Assembly (NCBI GenBank): GCA_963728605.1
Contig: CAVSKS010000009.1
Location: forward strand, 599,317 to 663,316
DNA: 64,000 nucleotides
Reading direction: 5' to 3'
Origin: an uncultured Chloroflexia bacterium
GTDB taxonomy: Bacteria > Chloroflexota > Limnocylindria > Limnocylindrales > CSP1-4
Shown piece after piece: positions 8,940-17,354 of this stretch. Position 1 is the stretch's first letter; the number at the start of each line of letters is the position of its first letter. The notes under the pieces were generated by a model that ran no database searches, had not been told where the DNA came from, and saw only the letters and a program-made list of their open reading frames with translations. Made by a program: the position numbers and the translations under genes.

Positions 8940-9179
8940 ATGAGGATCACGTCGAAGGGCCAGGTTACGATTCCGCAGGCCATCCGCGAGCAGGCGGGTC
9001 TGATGCCGAACACCGAGGTGGAGTTCCGGGTGGAGGGTGACATCGTCACGCTGATGAAGGCTGTCAGAGCTCGGCGCAAGACGCGAGGCGCTGAGATCGT
9101 GGCGCGCCTCCGCCAGGGCAAGAGACACGTCACGATGACGACGGACGAGATCATGGCCCTCACGCGTGGCGACGATTGA
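8940..9179 (+). CDS. vapB: AbrB/MazE/SpoVT-type antitoxin (VapB-like)
   Basis: MRITSKGQVTIPQAIRE motif. Stop overlaps the start of the downstream PIN gene. Confidence 0.8.
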   Translation: MRITSKGQVTIPQAIREQAGLMPNTEVEFRVEGDIVTLMKAVRARRKTRGAEIVARLRQGKRHVTMTTDEIMALTRGDD

Positions 9180-9577
9180 CCATCCTGGTCGACAGCAACG
9201 TCGTCCTCGATGTGATCACCGAGGATCCGCTCTGGCAAGAATGGTCCAGCCAGGCCCTCGCTGATGCCGCCGATCGAGCGGTCCTGGTGATCAACCCGAT
9301 CGTCTACGGTGAGGTCTCGATCGGATTCGGCACGATCGAAGCCCTTGAAGGAGCCTTGCCGGGACCGATCCGCCGCGAGGAGCTGCCGTACGAGGCCGCC
9401 TTCCTGGCCGGCAAGTGTTTCCTCGAGTACCGCCGCCGCGGGGGAGTGCGGCGTTCGCCGCTGCCGGACTTCTACATTGGCGCTCACGCCGCCGTCCGAG
9501 GGTACGAATTGCTCACCAGAGATGCCGCTCGGTATCGGACGTACTTTCGGCGCCTGACACTGATCGCTCCAAGCTAG
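9176..9577 (+). CDS. vapC: PIN-domain toxin VapC
   Basis: TTG start overlapping the TGA of vapB. ILVDSNVVLD...INPIVYGEV is PIN signature. Confidence 0.85.
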   Translation: MTILVDSNVVLDVITEDPLWQEWSSQALADAADRAVLVINPIVYGEVSIGFGTIEALEGALPGPIRREELPYEAAFLAGKCFLEYRRRGGVRRSPLPDFYIGAHAAVRGYELLTRDAARYRTYFRRLTLIAPS

Positions 9578-9588
9578 ACGCGCTGGTG

Positions 9589-9608
9589 TTGACTAAGTTC
9601 GACTAAGT
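9589..9608 (+). promoter_or_regulatory. putative promoter/operator of the second TA pair: TTGACT plus direct repeat GACTAAGT x2
   Basis: ttgactaagttcgactaagtca lies 16 nt upstream of the antitoxin ATG at 9624. Confidence 0.25.
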
Positions 9609-9623
9609 CACTACCGTTGGCCT

Positions 9624-9857
9624 ATGCATCGAGCCATCAACATCCACGAGGCCAAGACCCACCTCTCGCGGCTCATTGAACGCGTCGAAGCCGGCGAGGA
9701 GATCACCCTCGCGCGCGCCGGCCGGCCCGTTGCCAGGCTCGTGCCCTATGTCGCCAGGGGCGAGCCACGCCGACGTGGGGCGTGGAAAGGCAAAGTTCGG
9801 ATTGGCCCGGACTTCGACGAACCACTGCGCGACTTTGAGCAGGCCCTGGAGGGTTGA
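9624..9857 (+). CDS. Phd/YefM-family antitoxin
   Basis: MHRAINIHEAKTHLSRLIERVEAGEEITLARAGRPVARLVP is a classic Phd/YefM N-terminus. Confidence 0.8.
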   Translation: MHRAINIHEAKTHLSRLIERVEAGEEITLARAGRPVARLVPYVARGEPRRRGAWKGKVRIGPDFDEPLRDFEQALEG

Positions 9858-10231
9858 TCCTCGTCCTCGACGCCCACACGGTCCTGTGGTGGCTAGCCGA
9901 CGAACCGAGCCTGTCGAGCGAGGCTGCCAGCGCCATTGATGATCCCGCCAACCAAGTGCTCGTCTCGGCGGCGACCATCTGGGAGATCGAGGCGAAGCGA
10001 CAGGCCGGCCGCCTTCAAGCCCCGGCCGATCTTCTGGCAGCGCTCGAGCAGGCAGCCATCCTGACGGTGCCTGTGACCGCCGAGGACGCTGTCGCCGCTG
10101 CCGGCCTACCGCGCCACCACGCGGACCCCTTTGATCGCATGCTCGTCGCCCAGGCGATGCGGCTGGACGCCATCATCGTGACCAAGGATCGAGCACTGGC
10201 GGCATACGGGATCGAAATCCTGCCGGCCTGA
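9854..10231 (+). CDS. vapC: PIN-domain toxin VapC
   Basis: TTG start overlapping the antitoxin stop. LVLDAHTVLWWL...ATIWEIEAKRQ...IIVTKD. Confidence 0.85.
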   Translation: MILVLDAHTVLWWLADEPSLSSEAASAIDDPANQVLVSAATIWEIEAKRQAGRLQAPADLLAALEQAAILTVPVTAEDAVAAAGLPRHHADPFDRMLVAQAMRLDAIIVTKDRALAAYGIEILPA

Positions 10232-10971
10232 TTAAGCGTGGCGATCACTTCCGATAAGGTAAGTTATGTCTGCGAGACGCCGATCGTGGCCATGATGTCG
10301 CGTGGCTCGGTCGGATCCTCGAAGGATTTGCCCCGTGATTACGGACCAACGCGTTAGTAAAGGTGAGTTCGGGACCCAATCCATGCCGGGTTGCAAGGCG
10401 TCGAATGACTTCCTTGCCGGGAAACATAGCCGCCACGTGCCGTCGCTAAGGGACGTCTCGATCGCCGCCGCCGTGGTCCGAACGAGCGCTCTCCACGCTA
10501 CTGGCGGTGGTATTCGCCATTGACAGCGGCCGTGTGGAGCACTGGCGGCGCTGGATGTGGAAGCGCTGAGTGGCCGCACTTGCGGTATCGCCTGGTCCCA
10601 GACATGTGCGAGCGGTGCCAAGGACCATTCGCGGATGTGCCGTCGAACGCACCGATTGAGCCAGTCCACGGGTCTGAAGAACTGTTTTGCAAGTTGGCTC
10701 GCGACTCGGTCGCGGAGCACCTTGCCGGCAAGGGTTCGACATGCCTCGATCATGTGGGCGTCAATCTCTGCGACGGAGTGGGTGAGGTTGCTCCCATCTC
10801 TTCGACGGTTTCCAGAATCGCGTCTGCCTCGAGAAGGTAGTTCTCGATTTCGTGCCGTTCGAGCACGACCAGCCTGTCGCCCGCCTGGCGGCTGTAGCCG
10901 GCGACTTGATCGGCTGTCAGGTAATCCCGATCGCGGATCAGGATAGAACGACGTGCCTGGAACCGTCTCAC
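10232..10971 (-). pseudogene. decayed Toprim-like nuclease partner gene (DUF4435/DUF4276-like, OLD/PARIS-type module), multiple frame breaks
   Basis: Fragment ILIRDRDYLTADQVAG...RLVVLERHEIENYLLEADAIL matches the C-terminal RDRD / E..LL signature of the Toprim partner in ATPase+Toprim defence pairs. Continues in another frame (ORF 10232..10753). Region is AT-richer than its surroundings. Confidence 0.4.
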
Positions 10972-10999
10972 CTAGGATCGCGAGCGCCGCCCTGTTGAC

Positions 11000-12280
11000 G
11001 CTTGCAATGCGTTCTCAGCGCTGTTGAGCGGGATCAATCGAACGACTCAGCCAATCGATGGAAACATGTAAACGAATGCCCGTGGATCTCTGTCGATAAA
11101 TCACCTTCAAGGAAGACCATGCGGTGGGCCATCCCGATGTAGCCCGAGAACCCGAAGATGGCCCGCATGAATGTGACGCGGTCTGCTCATCCGTGGCGGA
11201 TCGTGCGTATCCTCTGGCCGCCTGGCGCGTCGCGCTGGATGAGATAGGTGCGGTCGCGGCCCGCTTCATCGATCAACTCGAGCAGTTGTGCGTAGCAAGC
11301 CACAGCTGGTTGCAGGGATGGGATGCAGGGTCTCAAGTCGAACAAGAGCGCGCCTCGCCAATTCCGGTGCAGGTAAATTTCTAAACGATTAGTGTACGAG
11401 GATGATGTATGTACCTCGATTCCATTGCGCTCGAGGAAGCTGAGGACGAAGAACGCCTCTTGCTCGCCGGAGGACAGGTCCGTGAACGGAACTTGAGGTC
11501 CGTCAGGCGGAAGAAAATTTCCAGCTGGTCTCGCAGTTCATCGCCAGATCGAACGAACGGATAGCCTGGAAAGAGCCCGTCAAGGATGCGCTCGTACGCG
11601 TCGAGAGGATCGTCCGCCTCGGCCCGGGGTCCTCACCGCGCTCAGACGCCATGGCATGTAGGCCTATTCTTCGGGGATGGCTGTAGGCCTCCTCCACGAG
11701 ATACTCAACCTGATCGACGTACTGGTTCTCCGTCAGGTTAAAGGCCATTGTGCGGAGGTAATTTGCGGTGAGTCTATTAGTGTGGTTCCAATAGGTGTTT
11801 CGGTTATATCGGTGCTGCGGGTGGCCGGTCAGACCGAAGAAACACAGCCTTCATCGTCCCGCTTAGACACCGACTCACCAACGCGTGCGCATTGTCGTGA
11901 TACGAGGCGTCGTCGTCATGCTCTCCGCCGGAAAATCGTAGGCTCGTATGTACTCTCGCGCGGTCCCGAGCTGGAAAAGACACCCGCTGGATCTATCCCA
12001 GGATCCTCGTCCAGGCGCTGCCGGATAATCGCGATCTCGCCCTCGGTAAGGCCGAAACGCACCTCAAACGATTAATTACAGGCAAACATTCTCCCGGCGC
12101 TGCCAGTCGTAGCCGTGCGACGACGTCAGGGCGAAAGCCAGAGGGTGCAAGGATCGAACTCTTGCCGCCCGTTGGGCCCGCGACAAGGATCAATTCGAGG
12201 CACGCGGTTACACTGAAGGGACCGAGGCGTAGGTCTGTCAGGTGTCGGAATCGCCTTACGGAGACGTCCGCTACGTACAT
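11000..12280 (-). pseudogene. decayed AAA15/ABC-type ATPase gene (OLD/PARIS-like), fragmented
   Basis: N-terminal fragment VRRFRHLTDLRLGPFS...LVAGPTGGKSSIL with a shortened Walker A, at 11993-12280. Fragment LSSGEQEAFFVLSFLERNGIEV (ABC signature) at about 11400-11470 in another frame. No intact long ORF and low GC. Confidence 0.4.
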
Positions 12281-12304
12281 GTCTTGTCCTCTTACCCGGG
12301 TCAG

Positions 12305-12622
12305 CTATGCCGCTACCCTATCGAGTTGACCAGGCGTCGCCGCCTCTTTGGCGACCATCGAATGCCACGATCGTCCGTCCGTTGGCTTGGAGCTGTGGAG
12401 ACGAGGGCGGGTCCGACGATCACGCCGACGTAGTCGAACTCGAAGCCCCGCGCGGTGTAGAGGCAGCCGACCTCGTTCGATCCCCTCTTTCGCGCTCGCC
12501 CAGAAGCCGGACCTCGGGATGCCGGGATCGAGCCGCCCGACGCCGTCGCGGGCGTTCCAGCGCATCGCCCAGTCCCCCATCCTGACGTCGGGCTCTTGCA
12601 GGCCGGCGGCAGAAGCGCTCAT
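12305..12622 (-). pseudogene. DUF2075 gene fragment (duplicate of the C-terminal region of the gene at 13817-15637)
   Basis: EPDVRMGDWAMRWNARDGVGRLDPGIPRSGFWASAKEGI versus EPDVRVGDWSMPWNARDGVGRLGPGIPKSDFWASAKEGI in the intact gene. About 180 bp of DNA (12418-12595) is about 85% identical to 14101-14280. Confidence 0.6.
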
Positions 12623-12798
12623 GGCAGGCGGTGCTCCCGGACTTCGCCGGTTGCCATCACCTCCAGCAGCCGCATCGACAACTGTTCCCGGATGTCGAGC
12701 GGGATGCGCAGCACGGACGGAACGGCGTCCGTGGGAACGGCGAGTGCGACTGCGGACGCATCCTCTGTGCGCGCGAGCCCCGTCGAGCTATCCAGAGA

Positions 12799-13845
12799 TC
12801 AGGGCGTCGACGTTGCGAAGTCCAGATGTGCCGTCCTAACTTCCACCACCAACCGCTCTTCTGCCCGCTCGGCCACGATGTCGGCACCCGAGCCGCGGTG
12901 TTCCACCAGTTTCCACCCGCCTTCGGAAAGCCATTGCCGAACAGTCGCCTCGAGCTCGTGTGCTTCCCGCTGCGCGTGAGCGTTCGCCTGGAGAATGAAT
13001 CGACGGGCACCGTCCAAGAGGCTTTGGGACAGCTGGATGCCTGCCCTCACGTCTTCGTCCGCGAGGCGTTCAGGGTGCGTCCGAACGGTATCGCGCAGCA
13101 CCTCGAAGGCACGAAGTTCGTCTCTAAAGACGTTCGCCCACCCTCGGAGGCTCATCAACTGGGCCGAGAGACTGTGGTCATCAAGCCCAGCTTCACGCGC
13201 GATCGCCATCGTCGCCGACTGACCCCACGGGCCGAGGGCAAGCCGGAGATATCGGTCGACGTCGGTCACACTCGCGAGCAGCCTAGCCTCATCGAGCGCG
13301 CGATCAGGAGACAGACGCCGAGGCTCCTCGCGCGGCGTGTCGATAACTACCGGAGCTTGGCCTTGCTCAAGCAGAGCGTCCTTTTCTTGGGCCTGTTCCG
13401 CCGAAGCTACGAGATCTGGGATCGCGAGATTGAAGTGCAGGCTCTGCGATTGTCCGACTTGCACCTGGAGTGTCTGGATGTGCTCGCTTAACTCCTTCGT
13501 CAGCTCGGTCTGTTCCCGGATCTGCCGCCTGATACTGCCTAAGCCTGCGACACTGATCTCCGACAGATCCGGGTAGAGAAGCAGAGCAAGGAGCACAACG
13601 ACGGCGATCAGAAGCCCGTCAGCCAGACCCACTGGACTGCAAACGCGAACGACAGTGCTATTGGGGGCAACGTCCTCGCTGCAGCGCTGCCACTCCGGCG
13701 AGACGTAGGACGCAGCGATGAGTCCAGCGACGATCGCGAGAATGAGAAGCGACGTCAACCAGCGGATGGCTCGCACGGCGAGCGACCATTTCGATACGGC
13801 CACCCCTACTGGCGTTTCAGTCACCCGCGCGTACCTCACCGCCAT
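12799..13845 (-). CDS. membrane-anchored coiled-coil hypothetical protein, co-directional with the DUF2075 gene
   Basis: TM helix LTSLLILAIVAGLIAASYV plus a second hydrophobic segment, followed by a long helical region. Start overlaps the DUF2075 stop by 29 nt (an internal start is possible). Lower GC than the core genes. Confidence 0.55.
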   Translation of the reverse strand: MAVRYARVTETPVGVAVSKWSLAVRAIRWLTSLLILAIVAGLIAASYVSPEWQRCSEDVAPNSTVVRVCSPVGLADGLLIAVVVLLALLLYPDLSEISVAGLGSIRRQIREQTELTKELSEHIQTLQVQVGQSQSLHFNLAIPDLVASAEQAQEKDALLEQGQAPVVIDTPREEPRRLSPDRALDEARLLASVTDVDRYLRLALGPWGQSATMAIAREAGLDDHSLSAQLMSLRGWANVFRDELRAFEVLRDTVRTHPERLADEDVRAGIQLSQSLLDGARRFILQANAHAQREAHELEATVRQWLSEGGWKLVEHRGSGADIVAERAEERLVVEVRTAHLDFATSTP

Positions 13846-15637
13846 ACCTCGCTCTCCCTTCGGCAGCTCGGTTCTCGACGGGCGCGGGATGTTCTGTTCG
13901 GCTCAGGAAGAAGTCGCGCGTCGGGGCGTCCATGAAGTAGACGTAGCAGCCGCGGAGGCCGCGGGTTAGCAGGACCCGGTAGGTGCTCTTGACGTAGCGG
14001 GTGAACTCGGCCTCGGTGACGCCGCGGCGGACGACGCGGTCGTGGGACTGGTCGCGCTGGCCGACCCATCCCCCATCCATCGGCCGGTAGACGAGGTCGG
14101 GGCCGACGATCACGCCGACGTAGTCGAACTCGAAGCCCTGCGCGGTGTAGACGCAGCCGACCTGGTCGATCCCCTCCTTGGCGCTCGCCCAGAAGTCCGA
14201 CTTCGGGATGCCGGGGCCGAGCCGGCCGACGCCGTCCCTGGCGTTCCAGGGCATCGACCAGTCCCCCACCCTGACGTCGGGCTCGAGCTGGCCGGCGGCG
14301 TCGGGGTCGGACCAGGGCCAGCAGAAGCCGGCGACGAGTCGGGCGGTCGCCCCCTCCCCTGCCCGCTCGCGGATCAGGCGCTCGAGCTCGCGGACGTTGC
14401 CGACGATCCGGAAGTCGAACTCGTCGTCCATCGACCACAGGACCTGCGGCGTCCGGGCGAGCTCGAGGGTGTTGTCGACCCACTGGATGAACGAGTCGGA
14501 GCCGTTCGCCCGGAACTGCGCCTCGAGCTTGAAGTCGCGGACCTCGATCCCCCGCTTGGCGGCCGACTCGCGGATCAGGTCGGTGCTGCCGACCTCGCCC
14601 GGGCGGACGACCTGGAGGTCGTCGATGAAGAAGACCGACACGCGGCTGGCGTCGAGGATGTCGTCCATCTGGGACTTGCCGGTTCGGGCCTTGGCCGGCG
14701 TGAAGCGGCTGGTGCTGATCGTCCGGATCCGGTGGGCCTCGTCGAGGATCGCGACGTCGAGCGGCTCGGTGACGGTGGCGGTGTCGCGGAAGTACTTGAA
14801 CAGCGCGCCCGCCCGGCCGCCGACGAGCTTGCGCAGGTTCTCGGTGAACGCCTTCGAGCCGGTCAGGTGGAGGGTGCTGAGGCCGCGCTCGGCCAGCTCG
14901 GCGACGAGGTTGACGGCGATGACCGACTTGCCGGTGCCGGGCCCGCCCTCGACGAGGAAGACGACGTGGCGCTTGTTCTCGCCGGCGCCGCGGACCTCGT
15001 CGATGATCGCGTTGTAGGCGACGAGCTGCTCGTCGAGGAGGGTGAACGCGGGCTCGTTGCGGATGACCCGGGCGACGTGGTCGAGCAGCCGCTTGTGCGG
15101 CTTGAAGGCGGTCGTGGCGACGCGGTCGAGGATCTGGTTCGCCTCGTCGGGGCCGCTGACGCGCTGGTCGAGGAAGGTGGCGAAGGCGTCGCGCTGGTCG
15201 CCGGCGAAGCTCGGGTTTGTCGCCAGGAGCGTCGCGAAGTCGGCGTGGTAGAGCGGCGACTTCGGGTCGTACTGGGCGAAGTGGAGCCAGGCGCAGGCGG
15301 CGAGGTCGATCGGCGGCTCGTCGGTGAACGCCGGGTGGGTGTCCTGGAGGTAGCGCTGGTACTGGGCGACCTGGCGGCTCGGGTGGAGGTGGTCGCGCGG
15401 CCGGCCGCCGAAGTCGACGGTGACGCAGTCGGTGATGTTCGACCGGCCGACCTCGGTCCACTGCTTGAGCTCGACGACGACGGCGTGATCGCGGCGGGTG
15501 GCCGGGTTCGAGCCGGTGATCAGGACGTCGAGGCGCTTCGAGGTCAGCGGGAGTCGCAGCTCGACGAGGATCCCCTGGTCGGTCAGGTCAGCGAGCTGGA
15601 GGACGCTCGGCCATCGACGCTGAGCGAGTTGCGCCAC
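13817..15637 (-). CDS. DUF2075-family P-loop NTPase (Schlafen-like helicase-type) with an N-terminal nuclease-like domain
   Basis: 606 aa. Walker A VFLVEGGPGTGKSVIAVNL and Walker B VAILDEAHRI. C-terminal region characteristic of DUF2075. Confidence 0.85.
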   Translation of the reverse strand: MAQLAQRRWPSVLQLADLTDQGILVELRLPLTSKRLDVLITGSNPATRRDHAVVVELKQWTEVGRSNITDCVTVDFGGRPRDHLHPSRQVAQYQRYLQDTHPAFTDEPPIDLAACAWLHFAQYDPKSPLYHADFATLLATNPSFAGDQRDAFATFLDQRVSGPDEANQILDRVATTAFKPHKRLLDHVARVIRNEPAFTLLDEQLVAYNAIIDEVRGAGENKRHVVFLVEGGPGTGKSVIAVNLVAELAERGLSTLHLTGSKAFTENLRKLVGGRAGALFKYFRDTATVTEPLDVAILDEAHRIRTISTSRFTPAKARTGKSQMDDILDASRVSVFFIDDLQVVRPGEVGSTDLIRESAAKRGIEVRDFKLEAQFRANGSDSFIQWVDNTLELARTPQVLWSMDDEFDFRIVGNVRELERLIRERAGEGATARLVAGFCWPWSDPDAAGQLEPDVRVGDWSMPWNARDGVGRLGPGIPKSDFWASAKEGIDQVGCVYTAQGFEFDYVGVIVGPDLVYRPMDGGWVGQRDQSHDRVVRRGVTEAEFTRYVKSTYRVLLTRGLRGCYVYFMDAPTRDFFLSRTEHPAPVENRAAEGRARYGGEVRAGD

Positions 15638-15933
15638 GACTGGACCTCCGACGGCGCCGGCCGATAGCGGAACTCGTCGAAGAAGCGGTCTGACAGCTGG
15701 TTCGCGAGGCGTGCCTGCGTCGCGTCAGCGATGAACTGGCGCGTCGTGCCCTGGTAAAGGTGCACCGCTCCCCCACTCCCCCCGCCGGCGTCCCTCTCCG
15801 CGCCGGTCCTGCGGCCGACTATAGCGATCGCATCAGCGCGCAGCGTCTTTGAGCGCAGGCCCACCAAAAACGAGAAGTTCGCTGAAACCTACCGGGGCCC
15901 GACTTTGTCCTCCAGGTCCCGCCCTCTGACCCA

Positions 15934-16308
15934 TTAGGGCGACGGTGACGGCCGGAACCCGGATAACGCCTGATCGGCATACCACTGGGCGAACGGTTCC
16001 ACAATCCGGAAGAAGAGCCCTGATGAGAGCAGGAACCAGAAACCTCCGACGATCGCAAGAATGACGGTGGCTTGCAGCAGGAAGCCTTGGACTGGCGTCA
16101 GGTTCCGCCCCAGGCGTCGAGCGACCAGGATTTCTACGACGTCGGGCACCGTTCGGACGCGGCCACCGGCACTGAGACGGTACTTGGGAGTCGCATATGG
16201 ACGGGCGGCGGATGGCGAATACGCGAGCGGCCTGGTTCCGCGACAGGCTGGATACCGCTGACAGCCGAGGAATCGCTCGCCGGACGTCCGATTGCGGCGT
16301 TCGACCAT
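15934..16308 (-). CDS. small protein with a topoisomerase-type C4 zinc-ribbon motif and a C-terminal TM segment (start uncertain)
   Basis: FLGCQRYPACRGTRPL resembles the zf-C4 topoisomerase ribbon. TM helix LLQATVILAIVGGFWFLLSSGLFF. Confidence 0.35.
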   Translation of the reverse strand: MVERRNRTSGERFLGCQRYPACRGTRPLAYSPSAARPYATPKYRLSAGGRVRTVPDVVEILVARRLGRNLTPVQGFLLQATVILAIVGGFWFLLSSGLFFRIVEPFAQWYADQALSGFRPSPSP

Positions 16309-16368
16309 GGCCGCGCCACCCCGGTGTGTGGTCGGCGTCTCAGTCTGGCCTGACTGGGCCCATAGCCG

Positions 16369-16659
16369 TCAGACGTCCGACCGTGGTGCTCGCGATGATC
16401 GACCGTCCAGGATCGTGAGGACGACCACCTCGTCGGTGCCTTCGTCGTACCGATACACGACGAGCATCCAGCGCCACGGACCGAGGATGAAGCGGAGGCC
16501 CTCCCACCGGCCGGCCAGCGGTGGGCCGAGCAGCGGAAACTGGGCGAGGGGTTCGATGGATCGGCGGACGCGGTCCTGCGTGCCTCGGGGCAGGCTGTGG
16601 GTCCGGACCAACCTGGCGAGGTCGTCGACCGCTCTGTGGGCGACGACGACCCTCGTCAC
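16369..16659 (-). CDS. parE: ParE/RelE-family toxin
   Basis: GTG start. VVAHRAVDDLARL...PLAGRWEGLRFILGPWRWMLVVYRYDEGTDEVVVLTI. Lies 3 nt downstream of the antitoxin stop. Confidence 0.75.
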   Translation of the reverse strand: MTRVVVAHRAVDDLARLVRTHSLPRGTQDRVRRSIEPLAQFPLLGPPLAGRWEGLRFILGPWRWMLVVYRYDEGTDEVVVLTILDGRSSRAPRSDV

Positions 16660-16662
16660 GGG

Positions 16663-16920
16663 CTACAGGTCCGCGAGCGGGATGACTCGGCCGGCCTTCG
16701 CGTCGGCGATGCCTTCCTGGGCGCTTTCCCAGGCACCGTCCATGCGGTCCAGCAAGGCCACCACATCTCTCACGTCAGGATCCGTATCGTCGAGAGCGGT
16801 GGACAGGAGTGACCGAGCCAGCGTTCCCGGGTTGGTGTGGGTTCGCTCCGCGAGACGGCGCAGCTTGAGTGCTCGCTCGTCGTCGAGCACCACGTTGACG
16901 CGGTTCGGCTTGCCGACCAT
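16663..16920 (-). CDS. parD: ribbon-helix-helix antitoxin (ParD/CopG-like)
   Basis: Internal ATG at 16920. KPNRVNVVLDDERALKLRRLAERTHTNPGTLARSLLSTALDD. Confidence 0.65.
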   Translation of the reverse strand: MVGKPNRVNVVLDDERALKLRRLAERTHTNPGTLARSLLSTALDDTDPDVRDVVALLDRMDGAWESAQEGIADAKAGRVIPLADL

Positions 16921-16925
16921 GGGGC

Positions 16926-16960
16926 GAACCGTAGCACAGAACTGCACGGTTCGTGTACAC
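16926..16960 (-). promoter_or_regulatory. candidate operator for the RHH antitoxin: inverted repeat GAACCGT-N13-ACGGTTC followed by palindrome GTGTACAC
   Basis: Located 6-40 nt upstream of the parD start. Perfect 7-bp arms at 16926-16932 and 16946-16952. GTGTACAC at 16953-16960. Confidence 0.35.
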
Positions 16961-17354
16961 GCGTCGCCTGCCCGGCCAGACACGTTGCGGTCAACGGCGG
17001 GCAAATGGCGAAGCAGGCCCTCGAAGCCGGCCTGCTCGACGAGATCGGCGTGGATCTCGTGCCGGTGTGGTACTGGGTGCCGCGACCGACTCCTCGCCGA
17101 CTTCAGCACGCCGGTCCTCGAGGGCCCGATCCTGGTCGTCGAGGGAACTGGCGTCACCCACCTGCGCTACCGCGTCGTGAAGTAGTCGCTGTGCTCTACC
17201 GCGGGCCGCGGCGTCGTTCGAAGATGTGATCGAGGTCCTTGCGCCAGGTCTGGCCAGCGTCCTCGGAGGCGTCGGCGCGCATATCGATCCGGTCGGGCTG
17301 CACCCGCATGACGATGCGCTGGTGGAAGTCCGGATCCTCGCGACGCCGGTTCGG

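Noticed and set aside
13836-15667. Two roughly 540-aa ORFs (minus 13836..15461 and plus 14042..15667) overlapping the DUF2075 gene
   Set aside because: These are alternative or opposite-strand frames of a clearly coding gene. The compositions are junk-like (RRRR and GDEV runs).
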